Shown: piece by piece, positions 44,137-61,217 of the stretch
How the letters are laid out: the number at the start of each line of letters is the position of its first letter
Numbering within the stretch: the stretch's first letter is position 1
DNA from: the human T2T-CHM13v2.0 reference genome, Homo sapiens
Reading direction: 5' to 3' (one strand)
Length of the DNA stretch: 64,000 nucleotides
NCBI RefSeq assembly: GCF_009914755.1
Contig: NC_060938.1
Notes under the pieces: generated by a model
Seen by the model: the letters and a program-made list of their open reading frames with translations, nothing else
Database searches by the model: none
Told to the model about the DNA's origin: nothing
Position numbers and translations under genes: made by a program

Positions 44137-44214
44137 CTCAGGAGACCCCTCACCCTCCACCCGACACGGAGGCTCAGGAGACCCCTCACCCTCCACCCAG
44201 CACTGAAGCTCAGG
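44137..44214 (+). repeat. 36-bp minisatellite, about 2.2 copies
   Basis: ctcaggagacccctcaccctccaccc repeated at 44137 and 44173; ctcagg again at 44209. Confidence 0.85.
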
Positions 44215-44978
44215 CAGGCACAGCACACCCTGGGTCCTGGGGATGACGCTGACCTGAGGGTGGCAGAGGTGAGGTTCCCAGCCACACCGCTGCTGGCAGG
44301 TCAGGCCCGTGAGGAGGTGGCTGGCTGGGCCTGTGGGTCCAGGGCCTGGGGTCCGGCCCTGTGTGGGAAGTGAGCCTAGCAGATGTGCTCGGAGGTGCCA
44401 CCGATGAAAAAATACTGCCACTCTGTTCACGTGGAGTTTAAGACAACGTGGGAATCGCATGTTGACACCAGGGAATTAGTTTAAAAGTTAAGGAGCTACT
44501 GAGAAACATCTCTCCTACTCACAGCTCACAGTTTAAAACTACGTGAACTTTTAACACCTGAGAGACCCAGGCAGGCATGCTCTGAACGCTTTAGTCCAAT
44601 GCAGGGAACCCTCGTTTCACAGACAGAGCGTACAGGCTCACGGGGCCGCGCCAGGAGCATACCTGGCCTGGCGGCGGGGCACCCGGGGAAAGGCTGTGCT
44701 GCCCTCCCTGCGTTGCTGGCTCTGTGGACTCTGGGCTTGGCAGCTGTGCGGAACGTGGGCCGGCATCGCTGTGCTCAGCCAGCGACCCCTGGGGGCCTAG
44801 CTCTGCTGAGGGCCGGCTGCCTGGTGGTGGGGTTCGTACCCTCCCACCCCTCCTGCTGTCAGCTGAGCCCAGCCTCACTTCCCCCTCCCTGTTCTGGAAG
44901 GAGCGAGGGCAATCAGGGTGAGAAGGAGGGAGACGCAATGGTAGGAACAGCGCAAGAGGCGGCCACTGCCCCACCTCA

Positions 44979-45281
<303 letters not shown>

Positions 45282-46107
45282 TCAGGCCTGACTCTCCTGG
45301 GCCTGCGGGCAGGGCTGGGGACTGCGGGAGGCATGGTCAGCCTGCCTGTGCCAGGTGCAGTGTGGCTGGAGCACAGGTGCCTGCGGTCATGGGGGTGAGC
45401 AAGGTGCTGAGGGCAGGGAGGGGGGCCCAGCCGGGAAGGGCGGGTGCACCTGAGATGCAGAGTCAGGGGGAGCCCCAGGGCCACCATCACATGCCCGCAG
45501 GGATCCCCCTATGGGGCAATTGCAGCACCAGACGCCTTCAGCCAAAGCTTCCAGAGAGCCCCGAGGCGCTCCCTAACAGCCTCCATGTGAAGAAAAAGGC
45601 ACAGCTCTGTCCAGCTGGGATGCCCTGGGGTGCTGAACAGTTCTCAAGCGGCTTTAATGGGCTCCCGCAGGCGCGCACACATGCACACCACATGCCGTCA
45701 GTTCTCTGTGACAGATACCATTCTGGAGCAATGCTGGTCTCAGCCTCTTGGCTAAAGGGCCTTGGATGAGCCATTTGACACAGCCTCCTCCACGACACCG
45801 AAGCCCCTCAGGGCAAGGCTCAAGGTGGGACACGCGGTGCAGGCTGCGCTCTTGGCCTGGGGCCTGGGCCGGGAGGAGCAGCCCCTCCCTTGGAGTCTGC
45901 ACACTGCCTTGGGCACCCCGTCCAGGTGGAGCAGGCCACCCTGACTGTGAGGCCTGCCCAGAGCCCTGCCCACAGCACCGTGTGTGTGGCCGTGGCACCT
46001 GCCCACCACGGCAGCCCCAAGTTCAGCACGTTCCTCGGGGCCTGGGCCACTGAGCCACCTGCAGGGGAGAGAGGGCCCTGCTCATGCCAGGACCCCGCTG
46101 CCTACTA

Positions 46108-46725
<618 letters not shown>

Positions 46726-48505
46726 TTACAGGAAAATGTCAGACTGTCACAACGCAGGGCAACACAGTGACAAAAGGTGCTTTGTTAAGAGCACTGTGAG
46801 AGCACCGTGCTTCCGATTCTGGGGACAAGGTGGGTAGGGACCGGATCCCCTGCTCCCTGGAAACCCTGGACACAGTGTGGCCGATGCACAGGCACGAGGA
46901 AAGGGCTGCTGGACACTGCGCCCTGAGTCCTGGCACTCGGACAGATACCAGCCTCGTGAGCTGGGGCAGAAGCCAGAAGACAGGGCTGGGCAGGTCCCGG
47001 TGCTGAGAGCAGGTTCCGGTACTGAGAAGAAACGACAGGCACCCAGTTCCATGCCAGCTGGAGACAGTGCTCCAGAAGGGGGCAGGAAAAAACCAGCACC
47101 GAGCTTTCCACCACCCGCCCACCAGGCATGGATCTGGGCTGAGCCGCGGGAGAGGACATGTGCCCTGGGGAGGGGAGCGCTGGGAGGGTAGCAGAGCCCA
47201 GGTCCAAACGCCAGCTGCGCAGGGCAGTCAGGGCAGGGGGCAGAGCATGTGCGAATCAGAACGGCGGTGGCAGCAGTTACAGGGGTGCAGATCCCCAGGA
47301 CCTGCCATCTGGGGAGGAGGGCAAGGAAGTTAATTTTGGACTCAGATAAGTGCATCACTTTCTAATTTCAAACTTGTAGAAAGACGACAAATGCTGCAGA
47401 CTGATCAGCCGATCAGGGAAGTGCGAGGAAGCGCACACGAGAGGGAGCAGTGGTGGACGAAGCGCCCCACCCGGCCACGGGGACTTACACCCACCACATC
47501 AGAAACCCCCTCAACACGGGTGCGCTGAACGCTGCAGTGAAAAGACAACCATTGTGCGGCTGGAAAACAGTAAGCACTGGTGTGATCTTCAGAAAAGCCA
47601 CACAGAAAACACAAGGAGATGGAAGGGTGGGAATGAAGAAAGCGCCCCTGGGTTTCACCAGATCCAGCGGAGGGGGCTTCCCGCAGACAGGCTGCTCCAG
47701 AAGGCTCTGTGGGCCCTGAGGACTCACCGGGATCGGGGCTGTGGCAGGGCGCTCCCCCTGGTAAGCCTCACAGCCCCAGCCCCCTTCACAGCCGTGAAGT
47801 CTGCAGGGACTTCTGGAAACATTGGTTTTTGGATAAGAGACACAGGTGAGAAAGGAACTCCCTGGCTGAGCCCTTCTCTGTCCCTGGTCTGCAAGCGTCG
47901 TGTCTGCAGCTGTGGCAGCAGCTGTGATCACAAGGCCACCAACAGGAGGATAAAAACCAACAGCCAAGGATGGAGGGTCAGGACAGCGAGGCCCTGCCCT
48001 GTCACCAGGCTGCTGCGGCAGCTCCATGAGCACTCCGGCTTCTCGCCACAGACAGCGTGCTGAGGTTCACGTAGCTGAGGCCCGGGGAGACGGGGGAGGA
48101 TGGAAGCTGGCAGGAGGGTCCCCGGATGACAGCCAGGCGGCTGGCATGGGGAGCAGGGGGCAGGGGCTGCACGTGGGGCCTGAGTTTTGAGCATTTACTA
48201 ACTCGGGCGAAAAAAGATGCTGTAAGAAAGAAAACCATCCCCTGCACCACCACACCAGGTTCAACAATGGCCAGTATGCACCCAGTCACAACCCTGACAG
48301 CTGATGTCACCCAAACTAGGTTCTAAGTATGGGCAGGGAGCTGGGGGGAGAGGAAGTTGGGGTACACAGGTGTAGGCACGCTCAGTCCTCACAGCCCCCA
48401 AGAGAAGTCCATGGATAATCAGTAACACTGACAAATCAAACATTACAACATAAACACGTTTAGGAGCCCAGATGTAAATATTTTTTAAAAAAATAACTAA
48501 AAGAC

Positions 48506-48800
48506 GGCCGGGTGCGGTGGCTCATGCCTGTAATCCCAGCACTTTGGGAGGCTGAGGCGGGCGGATCACGAGGTCAGGAGATCAAGACCATCCTGGCTAA
48601 AACAGTGAAACCCTGTCTCTACTAAATTTACAAAAAAATTAGCCGGGCGTGGTGACTGGCGCCTGTAGTCCCAGCTACTCGGGAGGCTGAGGCAGGAGAA
48701 TGGTGTGAACCCCGGGAGGCGGAGCTTGCACTGAGCTGAGATCGCACCACTGCACTCAAGCCTGGGTGACAGAGCGAGACCCCGTCTCCAAAAAAAAAAA
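48506..48800 (+). mobile_element. Sense AluY-like SINE
   Basis: TSD aactaaaagac. Confidence 0.95.
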
Positions 48801-48900
48801 ACTAAAAGACTTTATGTGGCTCCATTTTACCTTTTAGACAATATGCATGTATTACTTTGATAAAAATAAAAGTAACTGAAAGAAATCCATGTAGTTAAGA

Positions 48901-48928
48901 ACACACACACACACACACACACACACAC
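48901..48928 (+). repeat. (AC)14 microsatellite
   Basis: direct. Confidence 0.95.
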
Positions 48929-49077
48929 CTGAAAATCCCATAGTACATCCCGCCCTCGGTTTAATAATCAGGGTAGGCAAAGGAAGGAAGGCTTAGCCAG
49001 CCAGCGTTTTGTTAACCTGCCTTATATAAACTGCACACACCCACCCACACCCTTTATGTAAATAGAAATAAATGTAC

Positions 49078-49132
49078 CTTTCTTAATTGCAGCAATAATT
49101 CTGGGATTCAGGTCCAGTAGATCCAAATCCAT
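49078..49132 (-). CDS. XRCC3: XRCC3 first coding segment (exon extends 5' to acceptor at 49290 or 49311)
   Basis: ACAAAATGG Kozak context; MDLDLLDLNPRIIAAIKK; the seven segments sum to 1041 nt = 346 aa + stop. Confidence 0.96.
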
Positions 49133-49510
49133 TTTGTCGGTGGGCTGGCCACCAGGATGAATAACTTCCCAGGAAAGACAGAACAATGGATGCAAATTCT
49201 GAGGCACTCGCCTTCAATTCAAAGCCTGTGGGAGGCCCGAACCAGGGAAGTGACAGCAGCCGAGGTGTCCGTGTCATCGGGGCTCTGTCACTGAGGGTGG
49301 AGGAGACTTCACTGTAGAGGGAAGGCTGTCTAGCTACATCTAGGGCAACATGTCTGTCATTTACCTCTAAGAATTATTTAGCAGCTTAGAACCCATTCCA
49401 GACACTGATGCATTTGAAAAACCCCCCAAACCCACCACATTTACCTCCTGTGGAAAGTGCTAGAAATAAGACCATCCTCCTGCAGCAGTTGAGTGCCCTG
49501 CCCGACTCAC

Positions 49511-49612
49511 CTCTCTGGGGCTTGGGGATGACCCGCGTGTTTTTGGCTGACTTGACTGAGGCATCTCTTGCACTCTGCAGTTTAATTTCCCTTAAGTGTC
49601 TCCCTGGGGACT
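49511..49612 (-). other. XRCC3: XRCC3 5'UTR exon
   Basis: minus strand ctctttccag| ... GAG|gtgagt. Confidence 0.8.
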
Positions 49613-50912
49613 CTGGAAAGAGTGGGAAGGTGAGTCTGGGATTGGCAGGGTGCTCAGGGATCCAAACATCAGTCGCCCCCAGCAGCCAACAGCAGAAGAC
49701 AGCTTCCTGTGGGACGGGAGGAAGGTGCTGTGGACCCCACCCAGCCTCTCCCAGGAAGGGAGCTGGCAGCCATTCCACAGCCCGAGCCTGGCCCAGCAAG
49801 GGAGAAGCTCAGCTCTTCTCCCCTCCGGCCTCAGCAGGCTGCTCAGGGACTCAGCCTGGGGTCACATAAGGCCTTTCCAACAGGCCACTCTGCATCCCCT
49901 GTCGGCCTCCCAAATGGTGAGACCAAGAGTGTCCAGGACATGGGGAAACTGGAAGGCAGCAGCCTCGAGGGCCGGGTCCAGGATCCATGTCCTCCAGTGA
50001 GGCCTGGCGCCCTTGGCCGTAACCCAGCAGAGGAAAGGGCGGGCCGTGGACTTGGAGAAGGTTTTCCCTTGGACCACACAGAATGCGGCACTGGCCTGGA
50101 CACGATCACGCTGGTCACTCGTATGCCCATGTTCAGCCTGCTCAGGGAGACAGGCCCGGCGTGGAGAACAGACTACAGGAGCAGCAGGCTGAGGCACGCC
50201 CCCAGGCACCCCGTGAGGCGGGCAGGGCAGGGAAGCTGGTGCTCCAGGATGCGTTTCCTGCCCGCGCACCAGGCTTGGCTCCCGGGCCCCCACAGCCTGT
50301 GGGTTTTCTGAGCAAGGGACAGGGAGGTGCCCAGGCCTGGTTGCCCAGGCAGGCCTGACAGGAACTGGCGAGAAGCCACCCTGGAGGGCCGGGCGCAGGC
50401 CAAGGCAGGGCGGTGGGGCGCTGAACCAGCTCCAAACTGCTGGCAGAGCTGGCCAGAGTGAGGAAGTGAGGTTCCCAAGCACAGAAGGCAAATCAAAAAG
50501 GAATGCCACCTCCAGGGAAGACACTACACTGCCAAAGGAGATGCGGCCTTGCCCGGCTCGAAAAGAGGTCATTTTCAGAACATGGGACTCTCCAAGCCCT
50601 GAGGACAGGAGGCAGCCTGGGGAGTATGAACCTCGCACCTGGTAGGGGACCCCACACCCGAGGTACCACCCAAAACACAGCCCAGATCTGCACGGAGGGA
50701 TGGTTCCCTGAGCAGGCGTGACTGTCACAGACAGGCTGGGCCTGGGGGCTGTCGGGAGGCTGCTGTCCCAGGCTGGGTCTGGATACAAAACTTGGACTGT
50801 GTCAAGCAGCGGGACGCTGGCAGGAGCACCGGGAAGGCCAGCACGTGGCTGCAACGTCTCCCGCCTTCAGGACGCGGGCCGAGGCCAAGGCACCTGGAAG
50901 CAGAGTGTCCAC

Positions 50913-51367
50913 TGACGGATAACAGACTCACCGGTTGGCCAACGGCAGTCCGGCTCCTGAGGCTCCTCCTGGGCCCTCTGTGCACATCCTGCTGAGAACT
51001 TGGTTTAACAGGCCTGGCTCAAAGTCTGTTTAGCGACGACCTCCTCCCGTGTCCCATCACCCTTGACAGCTGATTAGGCGCCTCATCTTCCACTGTCCCC
51101 CGGGCGGCCTGATCTGGCAGGTCAGTTGAACCTGCATCCCCTTCGCCCCTGGGGGTTCCTCTTAGCAACCTTCCATCCTCTGCCCCTGCCCAGCTCTGGA
51201 GCTGTAAGCCGCCACCAGCCCATGGCCTGTTCAGAGCTGAGCCCAGCCTCTCTCCCACTGCAAGACCGCAGTGTGGTGGTTCCCACATCTCTCAAAGGTT
51301 CTGAATGAAAGCCTGGTCTCTGCCTAACGTGCTTTCACAGATATCCTGGAATATTTTCCCTTTAACA
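50913..51367 (+). mobile_element. Solo ERV1 LTR, MER67-like (copy 2)
   Basis: colinear with copy 1; ends ...aatattttccctttaaca. Confidence 0.75.
50932..50988 (-). other. XRCC3: XRCC3 5'UTR exon (within LTR remnant; CAGCAG tandem acceptor)
   Basis: minus strand ttctcagcag|GATGTGC ... CCG|gtgagt. Confidence 0.75.
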
Positions 51368-51699
51368 CCAAGCACCTGCCGCATCCCAGACACTGGCCTG
51401 GGAGCTCCACAGACAGCCCGGCACATGCCTCTGTCCTCTCGCCGCTGTGAGGGGCAGGGGTGTGACCAGCCCATCTCTCTACACCGGGGTGAAGGCCACA
51501 CACAGGGAGCAGCCCACAGCAGGCAAGGGGCTGGCCCAAGACAGACCTGTATGTCTTCCTGCAGCACCCGAGCTGAGCAATGACTTCAGGGGGAGAGCTG
51601 ATGTCACGTGCTGCTAGGTGAGTACGGACGGTCACACCAGAGCTGTTAGGCTCACACACCAGACTCTGGAAATGCCGTGGTTACTGCCTGGAGCTGCTC

Positions 51700-52330
51700 T
51701 GAGCCTTCCGAGGTGGACTCACTCCTCTGCCTTGGGCCCTGGGACCTGCTGTGTAGCTTTGAAGTGATTCACAGCACTTACATAGTCTGATGTTTTGGGG
51801 TGACCTGACCCCCCTGCAAGAGTGTGATGTCTTATCAGACCACATATGTGAGGACTTGAGTGAACTCCGCAACCTTGGGAATGCCACTTAAACCTTGTCA
51901 GACACTCCCTTATGTGAGTTACTGACCCTGACTGCTGGACTGCAAAAACAGACATCAGCTTGAAGGTTGTGCAGATGCTTTGAGGCAAGCTATACGCTGC
52001 TGGCCTGGGAGCTGGACCTCGGTCCCAGCTTCTCAGAGAGCTCCCGCTCTCACGCTCTCCACTGCTACCAAGGCAAACCTCGAACTCTCACCAGATCTCA
52101 CTCTCCAGGGGCCCGCTCCATCCCAGCAGAGCAACCGGACCCTGGCCGTTCTGCCACTCACCTCCCTGCCGTGAATGCACCCCATCCATGGAGGCCCTGC
52201 TTCCCTGCCAGGTGTCTTCACCTCCTCCCCTCTCCTCCCCTCTGAGCACTGTGAACCCGAGAACAAATCTTCTTTGACAATAAACCGTGTGATTCGTGGA
52301 ATCATACTTTGATCATCTCCTTATTTCCTC
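51700..52330 (+). mobile_element. Probable old ERVL-type LTR remnant (MER74/MER54-like)
   Basis: gactgctggactgcaaaaacagacatcagcttga motif and aataaa near the end; family assignment is weak. Confidence 0.35.
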
Positions 52331-52414
52331 CACACACAAGGACCCCTGCACTGCCAATGGCCCCAGGAGAGGGCAGAGTCAGCCACAGGGACCCCACCTC
52401 ACAGGCTTCAACAC

Positions 52415-53040
<626 letters not shown>

Positions 53041-53479
53041 TAAAGGATTTTCTTTCCAAATCAAAGTATTAAAATAACTGTTCAGACCTCTCCCACTTCG
53101 ATGCGAAGCCAGCGCGGTCCCAGGCGGACGAGCGAAGGCATCGAAGGCCGGGGGCGCAGCCGCGGGCCCACCTCGGCCTCCCCTGAGCGGACGCCTCCCC
53201 GCGCGCACCGGGGGCCCCGGAGACCGCCTTCCCCGCTCCGAACGCACGCGGCCCGGCCCCGGCGAGGTGCCTGAACGCTACCCGAGCTGCGGCGGGGCTC
53301 CCGGGGTGAGTGCTGCAGCCCCAGGCCCGCCTGCTCCCACAGGCTCGGGCAATGGAGACCCGCGGCCGCCCCCGCCCCTTGACCCTGCCTCACCCCTCAC
53401 GCCCGCTGCCGCCCACGACCTCCGACCCCGCTGCCGCCCGGCTCGCAGCCCGGCTCGCAGCCCGGCTCGGCGGGCCTCA

Positions 53480-54915
<1,436 letters not shown>

Positions 54916-57099
54916 TAACAGGTGTGTCCAGTTTCTGTTCTGTGGATTTTACCACGATAAAAAAAAAATTGGGGGAGAAAAAGAATTTTTGTAATATGAC
55001 TTTCATACTTAACACGTGTTACAGATTCGTTTAATTCCCTCAGTGATAGAACTAAGCAGACGTTGGAACTAGGTTCAAGAAGTCAAAGTAGCACTAATTG
55101 ACTGGGTTCATTGAAGCTTGGTTGGAGGCCTGGTGGGGGGTGAGCGGCCACAGAGCCTCGGGGACAGGACGGAATTCGAGTGACTCTGGGGAAGTGTCTC
55201 TGGCATCTACAGTGTACGGAGCCATCACCGGTCACTGAGCGTGTCCTGGAGAGTTGAGACCAGTGCTGCCCACCTCTCCCCAGTATCGCCACCATGAGGA
55301 GTCTTTTTAGACACTTTCCGCCAATCATCCTCCTTCATCTTTTTTAAAATTTACTTTTAAGTTGACACGTGAAAATTGTATTTATGGTGTAACGAACTCT
55401 TAATAGCACAGAAATACTCTACGTCTGTATGAACCGTAAGGAGCACGTGAGAAAGTGTGGCCAAGATGAGGCAGAGGTTTCCACCAAAGCACAATTTCTT
55501 TCTCCCTGCTGTACACATGCACTGATCTTACGGTTCTGTTTTATAGTGAACCACTGTGTTCCCCTCCTTCATTCTCTCTTCCAGAGCCCTTCTGGTATCA
55601 GCTGAATTGTTTAGCATTTTTCCCTGCCTTTCTTTGTGGCCTCTGCTGAGGCACTGTGTGGCAGTCCCGCGGTGACTTCCGACTGAGTGGAGTTGAAACA
55701 CTTGAGTCAAGGTGGCACCCCTCGTGGAAGAGAAGATTCATTCCCACGCTGGCGTGGTGGCAGGATACCCCTCCAGAGCCCCCCACCATGTTTGGATGAT
55801 TAACTGGGATCTGAGCAGCTGAGGGAGGTCCTAGCATTGGGTGGGCTTGGGGGACAGAGAAACCATTCTAATAAGATGGACTTTGTCTCTGAGTTTTGCG
55901 TTGTGAATTGTATTGGAGCATGGTCTTACAGGCCAGAAACGACCAAAGACAGTGTTCTGGAGGAACTTAGAACGGGGCAGTAAGGGCTGGAAGATTTGGA
56001 ATAAAGTCCAGCTTTAGGTGCAATAGCTCGAGGGGACATGTGCGGTAACAGTCGCCTGGCATGTGGCGATGCTGAAGGGGACACTGAGCTACACTGTGCT
56101 GGCTGCGTGCTTGGGGCCGCTAAGGTGATTGTCGGGAGGTGACTCAAATGTGCAGATAACCAGTTGTGGGAAATAGGTTTATTTGAGGTGGTTTGGAATG
56201 GGGAGAGGAGAATTTGGTAGAACTTGGCAGGTGGGTAACATTGTCCTTGGCTTGGTGGCCGTGTGCCGATCGGCATCATCGTCATATCTGTAAACGTGTT
56301 GGTCCATTTTCATTCCAGCTCTGTTCTTAGCCAGGGGAGTCTGAATCCAGCCCAGTGCCCGTCTCCCGAATACCAGCTGCCTGACCGGGCTGGTTTATCA
56401 GTTTGGGCCCATGAGGGTTATCCCTTTAAAATGCTGCAAAACCCCCTGGGGAGCATGTGCACACATGCACCTTTCTCCGAGAGGTGGCCTGCAGCTCTCA
56501 GATTCTCAAGGCTCTGACGCAGAACCAGTTGAGAATCGTTTCTCCAGTCTGTGCCTCCTCAGGAACCTGTGGGGCAGGGGAGGCAGAGGCGGCGTGTAAA
56601 GCTTCGTGCGACACCACTTTGGATAGAGGTGCTTTGGGGGTGTGAAGGAAGCTTCAGATGATCTCTGGGGCTTGTCTGACTCTGCCATCAAATATCCGAC
56701 ACTGACGCAAGGCAGTGGGCTTGGGGGTGGGCGGTCCGGGCGTGCAGCCATCTGGGCTTGTCACAAGCAGCTGAGATCCTGAGTTTTATCCTTAAAATCC
56801 TTGCCGCTGTGCACCCCTCCCACCTCCCATCCATGGTGCTGGCAGAAGAATGACCGCAGCTCCATGCTGGCGGGTTGACACTTTGATGGATACTCTAGAT
56901 TCAGAGCCAGGAAGGAGAGAGCACGTGCGCGTCTGATCACGAGCCTGGACTCGGATGAGGAGAGATCTGAAGTGAGGACTGTTGCTAGAGGCGTCTGGAG
57001 CTGTGCAGCGGGGAGAACAGGGGACCCTGAGTTCTGCGAGGGTCTCACAGGCCAGGCCGGACAGGGCTTTTCTTTTGCAGGGAGGAGTGGCCAAGGCTA

Positions 57100-59312
<2,213 letters not shown>

Positions 59313-60354
59313 TAGCAAGGAGGGGACAAGCGCCCAGGGCTCTGACTCCTGTAGGCAGCCAGGAGAAGTGTGTTCCGAAATTTCACTGGGAGCCGTCTGC
59401 ATGCACCTGCCCTGATCCTCGCTCCCTCTTGGCCCCGCTTCCCTTGAGACAGCTCCTTCTGTGTCCATATAGCTTCCCGCCGAGCCTGTGATTGGCCCTG
59501 CAAGGTGGCCACGGAGGCCTCCCATGGAGGTGAGTGCCAGGCGCCCCAGAGAGGCCTGGGCCGAGGCTGCCTCTGTGACGCCACTGCACAGGGCACAGAG
59601 GGCTCCTGGAGAGCACTTGGGCCCCACCGTCCATCCTAGGGGGCAGTGTCTGTCATTAGCGGGTTTATCTGCTTGGCTTGGGCAAGAGGGTCAGGCAGCA
59701 GATGGGTGTTATTAGGGGCACTGCCCAAGCTGACCTTGCCTCACTCTCCCTCTTCATCTCTGTGTGTTTGTCACAGCCTGCACCTCTGGCCTCGTGGCCC
59801 TCACTAAACACCTTTATTATTTATTTATTCATTTTCCTCACTAAACGTCTTGAGGCCTGTTTCATTGGGTTGTTCTTGGAGGTTTTAGTTTCCCCAGCGA
59901 ATGTGCTGGTTTGAAAGTCTGCTCCAGCCCACGCTGGTGGTGACACATGTGTACCTGGGATGTGACGCAGAGGCTGGCATTCCAGACACCGCTGGCCACC
60001 TACGGTGAAAACGGATGAATCACACTTGGTTTCTGGGCTTTGGTGTATTCTCCCTAGCTCCTAAAATAGCTGTTCCACTGAGCATCAGAGCTGCGGGGTC
60101 CAGTTAAAGGAGGCGCTGGTGGGAGCCTGGTCTGGGGCCCGGCTTGCTGTCCTGCGCTTCCTTTGCGGGGCGTGCTTACTGGCGGGGTAGGTATTTGGCA
60201 GTAGTTTTACCTTATGTCTTCATCCATTGCTTTATTTCATATTAAATTGCTCTGTTGATAATTTTTTAAATTTCTTTCACTAATATAATCAATAGGAAAT
60301 TACCTTATTTAAAAGCCTATACATCTAAGCTCCTTGGTTATTTTATAGTAATAA

Positions 60355-61217
<863 letters not shown>

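Noticed and set aside
49862-50854. 330-aa minus-strand ORF in an XRCC3 intron
   Set aside because: No recognisable domain, GC-rich composition; best explained by chance.
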